Part shown: positions 1 through 11,499 of the stretch, one piece after another
Numbering within the stretch: position 1 is the first letter of the stretch
Layout of the letters: every line of letters begins with the position of its first letter
Source: Octopus sinensis
Lineage: Eukaryota
DNA length: 64,000 nucleotides
NCBI RefSeq assembly: GCF_006345805.1
Contig: NC_043014.1
Coordinates: forward strand, 49,662,001-49,726,000
Reading direction: 5' to 3'
Program-made: the position numbers and the translations under genes
The notes under the pieces: generated by a model
The model's database searches: none
Seen by the model: the letters and a program-made list of their open reading frames with translations, nothing else
What the model was told of the DNA's origin: nothing

Positions 1-150
1 GTCCCCGTAACTTAGCAGTTCGGCAAAAGAGACAGATAGAATAAGTACTAGGCTTACAAAGAATAAGTCCTGGGGTTGATTTGCTTGACTAAAGGCGGTG
101 CTCCAGCATGGCCACAGTCAAATGAGTAAAAGAGTAAAAAGAGAGTAAAA
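1..150 (+). mobile_element. SINE family A, 3' half
   Basis: gtccccgtaacttagc...aaggcggtgctccagcatggccacagtc...(gagtaaaa)n tail; same block recurs more than 15 times in the window. Confidence 0.85.
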
Positions 151-499
151 AGATATATAGTTATATATATATACATATATTATCGTCATCATCAAAGTAT
201 AGGCAGTGAAAAGGAAATAGTCCGTTGTCCATGCTGGCATGGGTTGGACAGTTTGATCAGCGCGGACAACGGATGTTAAATGATGATGATATATGTATAT
301 ACTGACATGTACACACCTGCATACATATACACCCACAAACACGCACTCATACATGCTCACATACATATGCACGCATGCATATAAGCACACACCCACATAC
401 ACGTACATATGCACACACATACATACACGCATACATACATACAGAGCTTTTACAAATAAAACCCTGGTAAATAATGGTGAATTAATATCTATGATGGAA

Positions 500-726
500 T
501 TATTTAATAAGCTTCGTTGTCTTTGAACTTTTAAGACGGGAGCAAATGGCGTTTTTCTTGATATTATTCAAGGACAGATAATATAAGGTGTTGTTGTTAT
601 TGTTATTGTAGTTGTTCATTGTGGTGGTGGCCATCTCGTTGTTGCTGGTTATACACTCTCCACCTGTGTCCTTCAAAATTGAGGTCAGTCGCGGCTCTAA
701 TTTATAATGGATGCATTCTTTTCTCT
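500..726 (-). CDS. Possible terminal coding exon of an unidentified host gene (~75 aa, Asn-rich)
   Basis: (CT)n tract plus ctcccacAG acceptor at 728-727; open frame RKECIHYKLEPRLTSILKDTGGEC...NNNNNN...KTTKLIK to a stop at 500; no homolog recognised. Confidence 0.25.
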
Positions 727-1011
727 CTGTGGGAGATATGAAAAGTTTTGAAAGGAGAGAGAGGGAGAGAGAGGAAGAGAGAGAGAGGAAGGAAGAGAGA
801 GAGGGAGAGAGAGAGAGGAAGGAAGAGAGAGAGAGTAAGGGTGAGAGAGAAAGGGAGGAGCAAGAAAGACAGAGAGAAAAAGAAATGTAGTTTGTGTTTG
901 CATATGTGTGCATGTGTGCGTATAGACACATTATATACATACTATCTGTGTGTGTATATATATGTGTGTGTGTGTGTGTGTGTGCATGTGTGTGTGTGTA
1001 AATGTATATAT

Positions 1012-1175
1012 GGCAACAGGAGTGGCTGTGTGGTAAGTATCTTGCTTACCAGCCACATGGTTACGGGTTCAGTCCCACTGCGTGGCACCTTGGCCAAGTA
1101 ACTTCTACTATAGCCTCGGGACAACCAAAGTCTTGTGAGTGGATTTGGTAGATAGAAACTGAAAGAAGCCCGTTG

Positions 1176-1214
<39 letters not shown>

Positions 1215-1225
1215 TGTGTGTGTGT

Positions 1226-1264
<39 letters not shown>

Positions 1265-1432
1265 GTGTGTGTGTGTGTGTGTGTGTGTGTTTGTCCCCCA
1301 ATGTCACTTGACAACCAATGCTGGTGTGTTTACGTCCCTGTAAGTTACCGGTTTGGCAAAAGAATAAGTCCTAGGGTTGATTTGCTCAACTGAAGACAGT
1401 GCTCCAGCATGGCTGCAGTCGAATGACTGAAT
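1012..1432 (+). mobile_element. SINE family A, near full length (tRNA-like head, internal (TG)n)
   Basis: ggagtggctgtgtggtaag A-box-like and gggttcagtccc B-box-like head; conserved body and tail. Confidence 0.9.
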
Positions 1433-1589
1433 GTATGTGTGTGTATATATATATATATATATACACATATATACACATGCTTTTATATATGTGTTTGTGT
1501 GTGTGTGAGTGTGTGTCTGATAAATATGTATTGATACATATGTATGTATGGTTTTAGATATAAACATATATATGTATGTGTGGTTTTAT

Positions 1590-1830
1590 GTTTTTTCTTT
1601 CTTATTTCAGTCATGATACTGTGGCCATACTGGGGCACTGCTTTGAAGGAATTTTAGTTGAACAAATCAACCTCAGAACTTTTGTTTAAAACCTGGTACT
1701 TATTCTATCGATCTCTTATGCCGAATCGCTAAGTTACAGGGTGGTAAACACACCAACACTGGTTATCAAGCAGTGGTGGTGGTGGTGGTGGGGGAAACAC
1801 AGACACAAAGACACACACATACATAAACGA
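1590..1830 (-). mobile_element. SINE family A, diverged 3' half
   Basis: Reverse complement of family A tail and body. Confidence 0.75.
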
Positions 1831-2454
1831 CAATTTCTGTCTTTCTGTCTGTTATCATCTTGCTGCCTACACCAGTGAACCAATCTTTATAAAACCTTGC
1901 ATACATCTTAAACTAACATCTGGTTCAATTATAAGCTAATTGCATTTCAACAATAATCTATAATGGGCTCCCTAGAGAGGTTGCAAGAATGTTAGGTTGA
2001 GGTAAATGTGGTGGCATAGTGAGTGTGACTGATATCAGGGGTAGGGAGAATAGCATTGCATAAGTGACAAATATAGAGTGGCAGTGGGATGCCAACGTTA
2101 ATACAGCTGATATATACATGCGACGCTGCATACATACTTTCGCAAATACATAGATACATGCATACAGACACACACACGCACATACACATGAGTAACTTTT
2201 AGAATGCTAAGGAAGGGAAACAAACGTGAGTGTGAAGAATACATAGCTTTAAGGAAAGAGGGGGTAGGTGGCTTTTCTGCTGTCCATTGCAAAGAAACAC
2301 TCACACATGCACAATACATACATATACATACATACAAACATACATGTCGGCTATACACCATTTGAAATTCGTGATTACCTGTGTGCACATTTGTAAATGT
2401 GCATGTGTGTGCGCGTCACATCCTATTACTGTCTGTCTCTCTACTTTTGCTGTC

Positions 2455-2642
2455 ACATCATCATCATCGTTTAACGTCTGTTCTCCATGCTAGCATAGGT
2501 TGGACGGTTCGACCGGGGATCTGGGAAGCCAGAATGCTGCACCAGGCTCCAGTCTTATCTGGCAATGTTTCTACGGCTGGATGCCCTTCCTAACGCCAAC
2601 CACTCCGTGAGTGTAGTAGGTGCTTTTTACGTGCCACCCGCA
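2455..2642 (-). mobile_element. SINE family D ((GAT)n-tailed), 3' part
   Basis: catcatcgtttaacgtc...ggatgcccttcctaacgccaaccactcc block, recurring more than 12 times. Confidence 0.85.
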
Positions 2643-3547
2643 TATTATGTCACATATTATGAAATTTTAAAATTATGCCAAAATTTTCAAATTTAGTATA
2701 TTGAAATAATTTTCCACATTAAGTCCAAACGTGTTTTTTATTTGTTCCAGAAAAATTGCAGAAACATGTTACCGAGGTTTAAAGTTAAATCAATTTTACC
2801 CAATCAGAAAACAGGATTTGGAAGCCAGCATTTTCTGCATTTCTTCCTAATAGCTTTCTATCAAAAAAAAAAAAAAATGAAAGCAAAATATTTCCAAGGC
2901 AGAATTTTTATTAAACAAATGAAAGCAAAGCATTATGACGACCAAAGTTGTAAAAACTTTTGAAGTTTTAATGTGTTGTAATGAATAAAGTCACATGAAA
3001 TGGTTGAACAGACATGTAAATATTTTGAAAAGGAAGAAAAAATCTTCAATGAAAGCTTTTTTGTGAAAAATTGCACAAATCAGATCAAGAAGCCTATCTG
3101 TTGGGTAAGGCAGCATGATCTGACAAAACTTTATATAAGACATTCTATTGTAAAAATTGCCCAGCAACAAACAAGCTATTCATCTAGGATATATATATAT
3201 ATATATAAGTTAGAGAAAAACGACTATTGTGTAATTCAAACAATGATACACATAGACCATATCATATAGAAAAAAATAAAATACATTATAAAACATATAA
3301 CTAGATCACAAAAAGATGAATAAACATTATATAATGTTATTCATTGGTTTGTCTTTTTTTTTTTCTAGATATGTTTTATATATTTTATTTTTTCTATATG
3401 ATTTGGTTTATGTCTATCATTGTTTGAATTACATAATAGCAGTTTTACTCTAATTCATATATATCATATATTTATATTGTGCAATTTGATTCAATACTAA
3501 ACTGAATTTTTCCCTGTAAATTTGGAGTTATACTCCCTAATATTATA

Positions 3548-3640
3548 TATATATATATAAGATATACCATCACGCTAGAGATAGCAGACAAAACTTGACT
3601 CTGAAACCACATTAAATGTTCATACAGCACCAGGTTGTGT
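3548..3640 (-). mobile_element. Inverted partial copy of the PLE-like terminal repeat at 4060-4365
   Basis: ccatcacgctagagatagcagacaaaacttgactctgaaaccacattaaatgttcatacagcaccagg is the reverse complement of ~4177-4245. Confidence 0.7.
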
Positions 3641-3711
3641 ATATACGTGCATATATATATATATGTATAAGTTTGTATATGTAAGTATTCATATGTTGTA
3701 TATATCATCAT

Positions 3712-4017
3712 CATTATCATCATCATCATTTAGCGTCCGCTTTCCATGCTAGCATGGGTTGGACGGTTCAACTGGGGTCTGTGAAGCCGGAAGGCCGCAT
3801 CAGGCCCAGTCTGATCTGGCAGTGTTTCTATGGCTGGATGCCCTTCCTAACGCCAACCACTCCGTGAGTGTAGTGGGTGCTTTTTACGTGCCACCCGCAC
3901 AGGTGCCAGACGGAGCTGGCAAACGGCCACGAACGGATGGTGCTTTTACGTGCCACCGGCACGGGGACCAGGCGAGGCTGGCAACGGACATGAACGGATG
4001 GTGCTTTTACGTGCCAC

Positions 4018-4022
<5 letters not shown>
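3712..4022 (-). mobile_element. SINE family D with internal ~55-65 bp repeats
   Basis: (CAT)n start, conserved body, repeated ggtgcttttacgtgccaccggc units. Confidence 0.85.
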
Positions 4023-4059
<37 letters not shown>

Positions 4060-4060
<1 letters not shown>

Positions 4061-4364
4061 TTGTATTTATGTGCTATCTGTGTATATTCCACTGATGAAG
4101 GTAAAGCATTTCTTATGCAGAGCCAGAAATCCAGGATCTGGAATTATCCAGGAATTGTCTCTTTGTCTTCTCTCCTGGTGCTGTATGAACATTTCATGTG
4201 GTTTCAGAGTCAAGTTTTGGCTGCTACTTCTAGCGTGGTGGTATCTCTTAGATACCCTTAATTATAATTTTAATAATTAATTATTTTACCTTTGAAGCTT
4301 TTATTCCCAAGCTAGCTACCCGATAAGATCGATATTTTAAATAATGAACTTCTTATTTATATAA

Positions 4365-4365
<1 letters not shown>
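4060..4365 (+). mobile_element. Penelope-like element terminal repeat (pLTR) remnant in (TA)n
   Basis: Contains a hammerhead motif, has an inverted partial partner at 3548-3640 and a direct partial copy at 5200-5288; embedded in TA microsatellite. Confidence 0.6.
4086..4144 (+). ncRNA. Minimal type-I hammerhead ribozyme candidate
   Basis: Stem I ATTCCA/TGGAAT; CTGATGA 4092-4098; stem II GGT..GCC with inner GCAT/ATGC; GAAA 4126-4129; palindromic stem III ATCC-A-GGAT; AUC triplet ending at C4138. Confidence 0.7.
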
Positions 4366-4396
<31 letters not shown>

Positions 4397-4620
4397 GACG
4401 AGTTTCTTTCAGTTTCTGTTAACAAATCTACTCATAAGGCTTTGGCCAGCCCAAGGCTGAAGACATTCACCCAAGGTGCCATGCAATGGTACTAAACTAC
4501 ATGGTTCCGGATTCAGTTCTGCTGTGTGAAACCTTGGGCAAGTGTCTTTTACTATAACCCCAGGTGAACTTAAGAATTGTGGGTGGAATAGGTAGAGAGA
4601 AACTGAAAGAAACCCGTCAT
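4397..4620. mobile_element. Two head-to-head SINE A 5' fragments
   Basis: 4397-4500 is the reverse complement of the head region and 4500-4620 is forward. Confidence 0.65.
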
Positions 4621-5023
4621 ATATATATGTATCTGTAAGATATTTTCCCAATTTATAATTACTGGTATCTTTATATATTTTATATGTAAAGCATAATATG
4701 TTATACATGTATGTATATTCTTGTAATTGTCATTTTAGTAAATAAATAAATAAATTGACATAATATAATGTCTAAAAGTTGATGAACCACCTATTGATCC
4801 CCTCCATTTTCTCAGTGCACTCTCTCTCTATATATATACATATATATATATATACCAAGTAAGTTAGGGGCTGTGGATCCAACCTACTAAGGGATAATAC
4901 TTATCCAATATACTATTGGTATAATACCCAATTTTTAATACACAAGTGTTTTTAATTGCAAAAGCTGATGAACCAACTAATGTGCTTCTCCATTTTCTTA
5001 TTTGTAATATATATATATATATA

Positions 5024-5740
<717 letters not shown>

Positions 5741-5789
5741 AACCTATGCCAGCATGGAAGTCGGACATTAAATGATGACGATGATTTTT

Positions 5790-5990
5790 ATTTATATGTC
5801 TGTCTCTGTATCTTCGTGTTTGCCTTCCACCACTCCTTGACAACAGGTGTTGGCTTCTTTATGTCTCCAGTTTGGTAAAAAGGGGCTGATGGAATAAGTA
5901 CTGGTATACTGATTTGTTCGCCTGAACCCTTCAAGGCGGTGCCCCATCATGGCTGCAGTCCAAAGACTGAAACAAATAAAAGATAGATAA
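5790..5990 (+). mobile_element. SINE family A variant, 3' half
   Basis: Tail aaggcggtgccccatcatggctgcagtccaaagactgaaac. Confidence 0.75.
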
Positions 5991-6351
5991 AAAAAAAACA
6001 CACACACACATGCTCACAATGTTTGTGTGTGTGTGTGGACATAGTTGAAATAGTTATCTGCCGTCCACATATATTACGTCTACGCATCTATCGCTCACTG
6101 GACAATGAAATGGCGTGTTTGACAATGTGTGACGGTAATTGTGTCATTGAGTGGTGTGTGTGTGTGTGTGATATTAGATTGTCATGAAACAAATACATTT
6201 TTGCTGATGACGTCAAAATAAGCTGGATACAAAAATGCGTGACGTCTTAAATTTCTGTGATGTTTTTGTTTGTATACCAACGATCACACACGTACACAAG
6301 CTAGAAGCAGCGGCCATATTTTCCTCAAAGATTGCAACATTGCTCTGTCGA

Positions 6352-6530
6352 ACATCATCATCATCATCTTTTAACGTCTGTTTTCCATGCTAGCATGGGT
6401 TGGACGGTTCGACCGGGGTCTAGGAAGCCAGGAGGCTGCACCAGGCTCCAGTCTGATCTGGCATTGTTTCTACAGCTGGATGCCTTCCTAACGACGCCAA
6501 CCACTCCGAGAGTGTAGTGGGTGCTTGTTG
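6352..6530 (-). mobile_element. SINE family D, 3' part
   Basis: Conserved D body and (CAT)n. Confidence 0.85.
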
Positions 6531-6604
6531 TACATATAATACAATATGGAGGACAAAATGGACAAAATGAAGTAAACTCCACCCATTGAAAGTGAAAGGA
6601 CAAT

Positions 6605-6770
6605 GAGACGTGGCTGTGTGGTAAGAAGTTTACTTCCCAACCACATGGTTCCAGGTTCAGTCCCATTGTGTGGCACCTTGGACAAGTGTTTTCTACTGTA
6701 ACCTTGGGCCGACCAAAGCTTTGTGTGTGGATTTGATAGAAACTGCAAGAAGCCAACTTATATATATATA
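6605..6770 (+). mobile_element. SINE family A, head half
   Basis: tRNA-like head through gaaactgcaagaagcc. Confidence 0.8.
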
Positions 6771-7059
6771 TATATGAGCAAAACGCCCCCCCCCCCTCCC
6801 GTCCAATGGATGGTGCTGAGTTGTCAAACATTTAAACCAAATTTTCTCAAAACAACTTGTCCAACTGTTCCATAGGCCTCTCCTTTGAGAAACACTGATT
6901 TAACCTAAATTTGAGACACCAGCAAAAGAAGAAATAAAGATAGACTTTTTTTCTATTCCAAAGAAAAACGATTTTATTCACACAAATATGCAACCGAAGA
7001 GTTTAAATTACCAGCAATGATAAGGCTCTTGACTGGGAGAACACAAACATGGTTTAAAC

Positions 7060-7415
7060 AGTAAGCTTGGCAGGAAAGAAACGTGCCTTTAAGCAGTACA
7101 AAAACAACAAAAAATGGAAGGTGCAGTTACGTACAGGTTGACGGAAGAAAAGCAGGACAAAAACAATGCATTTTTCTCGCGTATGCGTAGTATCGATCAC
7201 AACAGCTGATGTACTTGCGCATACAAATGCACGTTCCCACGGCTTTATCAATCGCATTCTCACCTGGAATCGATTTTTGTAATTTTTTCAAGACTTATAC
7301 ACGCCCTGATACTGTCGGTATCAACATATCAAATTTGAGCGCAATCGGATGGAGGATGCCCGAGATCCTAGAAGACACACACTCACACAGACAGAACGGA
7401 TTTTATATAATATAA
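7060..7415 (+). mobile_element. Possible non-autonomous Helitron-like (Lep1-type) element end
   Basis: tatcaaatttgagcgcaatcgg...acacagacagaacggattttatataat resembles, from memory, Lep1-like Helitron 3' ends; CpG-rich relative to flanks. Confidence 0.3.
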
Positions 7416-7419
7416 TATA

Positions 7420-7625
7420 TATATATATATATATATATGCATGCGTGTTTGAGTGTGTCCTATCACGACTTGACAACCGGTGTTGGCTTGTTTTCTTCCC
7501 TGTAACTTGGAGGTTCAGAAAAGGAGACTTAAAAATAAGTGCTAGAGTTCTTTCGTTCGACTAAAACCCTTCGATGAGGAACCCCAGCATGGCCGCAGTC
7601 CATTAACTGAAACAAGTAAAAGATA
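7420..7625 (+). mobile_element. SINE family A variant, 3' half
   Basis: cttgacaaccggtgttgg...cagcatggccgcagtc...ctgaaacaagtaaaag. Confidence 0.75.
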
Positions 7626-7683
7626 ACAAACAATAATAAAAGGATCTGATCATAAAATCTAGCAGATTTGGTTAATACAATCA

Positions 7684-8064
7684 CTCTCTTTTACTTGTTT
7701 CAGTCATTTGAGCACCGCCTTTAGTCAAGCAAATCGACCCCAGGACTTATTCTTTGTAAACCTAGTACTTATTCTATCAGTATCTTTTGCCAAACTGCTA
7801 AGTTACGGGGACATAAACACACCAACATCGGTTGTCAAGCGATGTTGGGGGGGACAAACACAGACACACAAACGTCGTATACACACACACACATATATAT
7901 ACAACGGGCTTCTTTCAGTTTCCGTCTACCAAATCCACTCACAAGGATTTGGTCGGCCTGAGGCTATAGTAGAAGACACTTGCCCAAGGTGCCACGCAGT
8001 GGGACTGAACCCGGAACCATGTGGTTGGTAAGCAAGCTACTTACCACACAACCACTCCTACGCC
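7684..8064 (-). mobile_element. SINE family A, full length
   Basis: Complete reverse-complement copy. Confidence 0.9.
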
Positions 8065-8485
8065 TCGTTTATATTTTCTTGCTTTCTAATTATCAAATTG
8101 AATGTTTGCTCGGCAGAAGAGACCAACAAAGTAACCACGAGATCAACTTAATTACATAATGACTGCTCACACATACTTAAAGCTTACAACACATCATTTG
8201 TCTTCGACTTGTTTCAGGCATTGAACTGTAGCCATGCTGGGACATTACCTGAAGGGTTTGGTTAAACAGATCAACCTTAGTATTTGCTTTTAAGCTGGTA
8301 CTTATTCTACGGGTATCTTTTTTATTTCGTTTGGTGGTGTTATCCTAGATTCACCGTCTTTGTCGGTGATCAATCCGAAATAGGTTTGTATTTCTTCCAT
8401 TTTAATTTTAATGAGTTCGCGCCCGCCGACGGCTGCAGCGAACTTTCTTCTATTTTGGACTTTCTTCTATCGAAGGCATTCTAAC

Positions 8486-8565
8486 AAAGTAAGGATCGAC
8501 TTAGTCATGACTAGCTTGCGCGAATACGCGAGTGCGCGCACCGGGACCACTGTTCTTAAGTAGTA
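8486..8565. mobile_element. Solo terminal inverted repeat of the Mutator-like MITE family at 10958-11227
   Basis: gtaaggatcgac...gcgcaccgggaccactgttcttaagtagta closely matches 11143-11225. Confidence 0.7.
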
Positions 8566-9140
8566 AGAAGAAAATGCATGGAACGTCACGAGATGCAAGG
8601 AAAAATGCGTTTATGATGGGGTTTGTGCGTTCTACAAACCAGCGAAGAAACGCATGGCAAAAACACATAAGGAGCTTTTTTCCGGGTGAGAAAAGGCTGG
8701 AGAAAACCATTCTGCAAGAGTAAACCTAGAAATGTGTCGGAGTGGAGGACAGCATGAGGCAGACAGCATGTACGTGTGTATGTATGTATGAATGTTGAAT
8801 AAAAAATATCTAACAGTCAAAAAAATACATATGAACAAAACATTTAACAATCAAAAACAAGAACAATGTGAAAAAGTGTCCAGAAAAGTGAAAACAGGCG
8901 AAAACTATGTAAAGCCAGTCTTTTGGAAGTACAAATACGCAAATGGTTCATTGTGAACAGAAAGTCCCCTGTAAGATGTTAGAGAATAACGTGGTGAACG
9001 TGAAAGATGCTGGGATCCAAAATGGTAACAGTAGAAGACAAGTGTTCGTTTGAACAAAGGCGTCAGAAGATGGAATGCAGTTCGAAGATTTGCAGGAACG
9101 GCAGTGGCGGTCGTGACAGGGCGTCTAGTTGAGAGGTACC

Positions 9141-9638
9141 TATTTCTTTACTACCCACAAGTGGCTAAACACGAGAGGACAAACAAGGACAGACATAGGT
9201 ATTAAGTCGATTACATCGACCTCAGTGCGTAACTGGTACTTAATTTATCGACCCCGAAAGGATGAAAGGCAAAGTCGACCTCGGCGGAATTTGAACTCAG
9301 AACGTAGCGGCAGACGAAATACCTATTTCTTTACTACCCACAAGGGGCTAAAGTCGACCTCGGCGGAATTTGAACTCAGAACGTAACGGCAGACGAAATA
9401 CCTATTTCTATTTCTTTACTACCCATAAGGGGCTAAACACAGAGGGGACAAACAAGGACAGACAAACGGATTAAGTCGATTACATCGACCCCAGTGCGTA
9501 ACTGGTACTTAATTTATCGACCCCAAAAGGATGAAAGGCAAAGTCGACCTCGGCGGAATCTGAACTCAGAACGTAACGGCAGACGAAATACGGCTAAGCA
9601 TTTCGCCCGGCATGCTAACGATTCTGCCAGCTCACCGC
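9141..9638 (-). mobile_element. SINE family B multimer (one head, ~3 body units)
   Basis: Repeated tatttctttactacccacaag...gaaatacc units; gagaggtacc direct repeat at 9131-9140 and 9654-9663. Confidence 0.9.
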
Positions 9639-10503
9639 TCTCAACCTCCAGTAGAGAGGTACCGTTGAGTGGCATTGCTTGAAAACGCTGTCATGAAATC
9701 GGAGCTGCGAGCAAGTGTGACCAAAAGATGCCGTGCAAATGAAGATAAGCCACCAGAACACCTCGCTTTCTCCGGCCGAGAGAAGCGGGGTGATGACGAA
9801 AAATGCTGAACTGGGAACAAGAAGGCATCAAGAATTGTTGTGTACTCACTGAAATGTAATCGTGCATTTTACTTTTTGCAGCAAGTAGATGACTCTGTGT
9901 AAGAATGAGCTGACGTCTCATGAAGAAACATGAAGAAAACGGCCAAAAAGTTGTTAGGATGAAATAACCGCGAAATTTTTTGTGTGAAAAACCACAAAGA
10001 TCTCAGCCGCCAAGAAATCTTTAGTTATAGGCTCTGCAAGTCATTGACAAAATGAAAAACTTGAACATAGAAAGAAATTTCTTAGCTTTTCACGCGTGAT
10101 GAATGATAATGTAGAGGCAATCCTGAAGTTGAACGTCGCGAAGCATACGAATACAATGGCTGTTGAAACTAAGGCTGTAGATCTTTTAGGAATGCGATTC
10201 TAAGTCGGGTCCGTGTTCCACGTCCGGGTCACCATCACAGATGGTCGTGGTGCGTGTTGTGTGACCATCTAAACGACTCATATCAGAAGGCTGAAATAAT
10301 ACATATGATGTGCCAGTTGGAAAAGAGAGACACAACCGAGTAGAAGGTTTGGAGAACATTTATTCATATATTTACGTGCATCTTTGTGGGTTGTATGTTT
10401 GCTGTTGACCATGGGGAGGTGGTTCATGAATAATGCTATGATGTTAGAACCTGTTCACCGTTGCTAGTGCTGTGTGCGTGTGGTCAGTGGCTAGACCTTA
10501 GAA

Positions 10504-10705
10504 CAGTGCTTTTCAAACTTTTTGCTGGAGCGGAACCCCAAGGAAACATTCCACTGGCTCGAGGAACCCTTGTGCAATAATTTAAATTGTCTTATGTACA
10601 CATATCTGCACAGGAGAATTAAAAATTACTGCCGATTTTAGCAGTTTTGTAACTTCTTGCGGAACCCCTGGACTGTACTGGCGGAACCCTGGTTGAAAAC
10701 CACTG
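10504..10705. mobile_element. hAT-type MITE (202 bp)
   Basis: TIR cagtg(c/g)ttttcaa; 8-bp TSD ccttagaa at 10496-10503 and 10706-10713. Confidence 0.9.
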
Positions 10706-10957
10706 CCTTAGAAGGTCTGTAACCAACAGTGATTCTTTATTGCCAACCAGAGGACAACACAAAACCTGGAGGCAAAAAACGAATGGGATAAATGAAAAAA
10801 ATGAAATGAAGCTTTTCAGTCCCACCTCCGAGCGACTTCATTTTCTCTGTTAATGCGACCTTAATTCGATCCCGCTGTGTCTTTCTGTAGAATATCAATA
10901 TCGTAAACATTTCGGAGATCAAGATAGTTTATATATTTTGGTACCTGACTGGTGTCC

Positions 10958-11227
10958 GGTACTACTTAAGAACAGTGGTCCCGGTGCGCGCACTCGCGTA
11001 CTCGCGCATCTTGGCTAGCTAGTCGTGACTAGTCGATCCTACAACGACTACCTAGCAAAGTAAATAAAACACAAAATAAATAATTTTTTTACACAAAGTA
11101 AATAATTTTTGTTAAACAAAGTAAATAAAACAAAAACACAAAGTAAGGATCGACTAGTCATGACTAGCTAGACGGAAGCGCGAGTACGCGAGCGTGCGCA
11201 CCGGGACCACTGTTCTCAAGTAGTACC
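10958..11227. mobile_element. Mutator-like (MULE) MITE (270 bp)
   Basis: ~80-bp TIRs starting GGTACTAC; 9-bp TSD ctggtgtcc at 10949-10957 and 11228-11236. Confidence 0.85.
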
Positions 11228-11499
11228 CTGGTGTCCATTGTTTTCTCCCAGTATTCAAAGTTTTCACTGTATTTAACTATTTTTAACATTTGATCCTGAG
11301 TTGCCAACACACAATTATAACGCCATGGTATCCCGGTACAAGTTGCCGTATTTGCTGTTATTACTCGTTGCAGAATTCTGTATTTGTATATCGTCGTATA
11401 TTACTATGTATTTTCTTTTTTCACAGGCCGCGAGGAGGAGTTTTGGAGCTCTTGTTTGTGTGGGTTTTTCTTTGTGAGGAGGACGGGGCAAAGTGTGTG

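Noticed and set aside
1012-1090. SINE heads as functional tRNA genes (applies to all A, B, C, E and F heads)
   Set aside because: Only A/B-box-like motifs are retained; no complete cloverleaf, and each continues into SINE body
8570-10400. CpG-containing unique blocks as coding exons
   Set aside because: No sustained frame or recognisable motif on either strand; probably an unclassified old transposon interior
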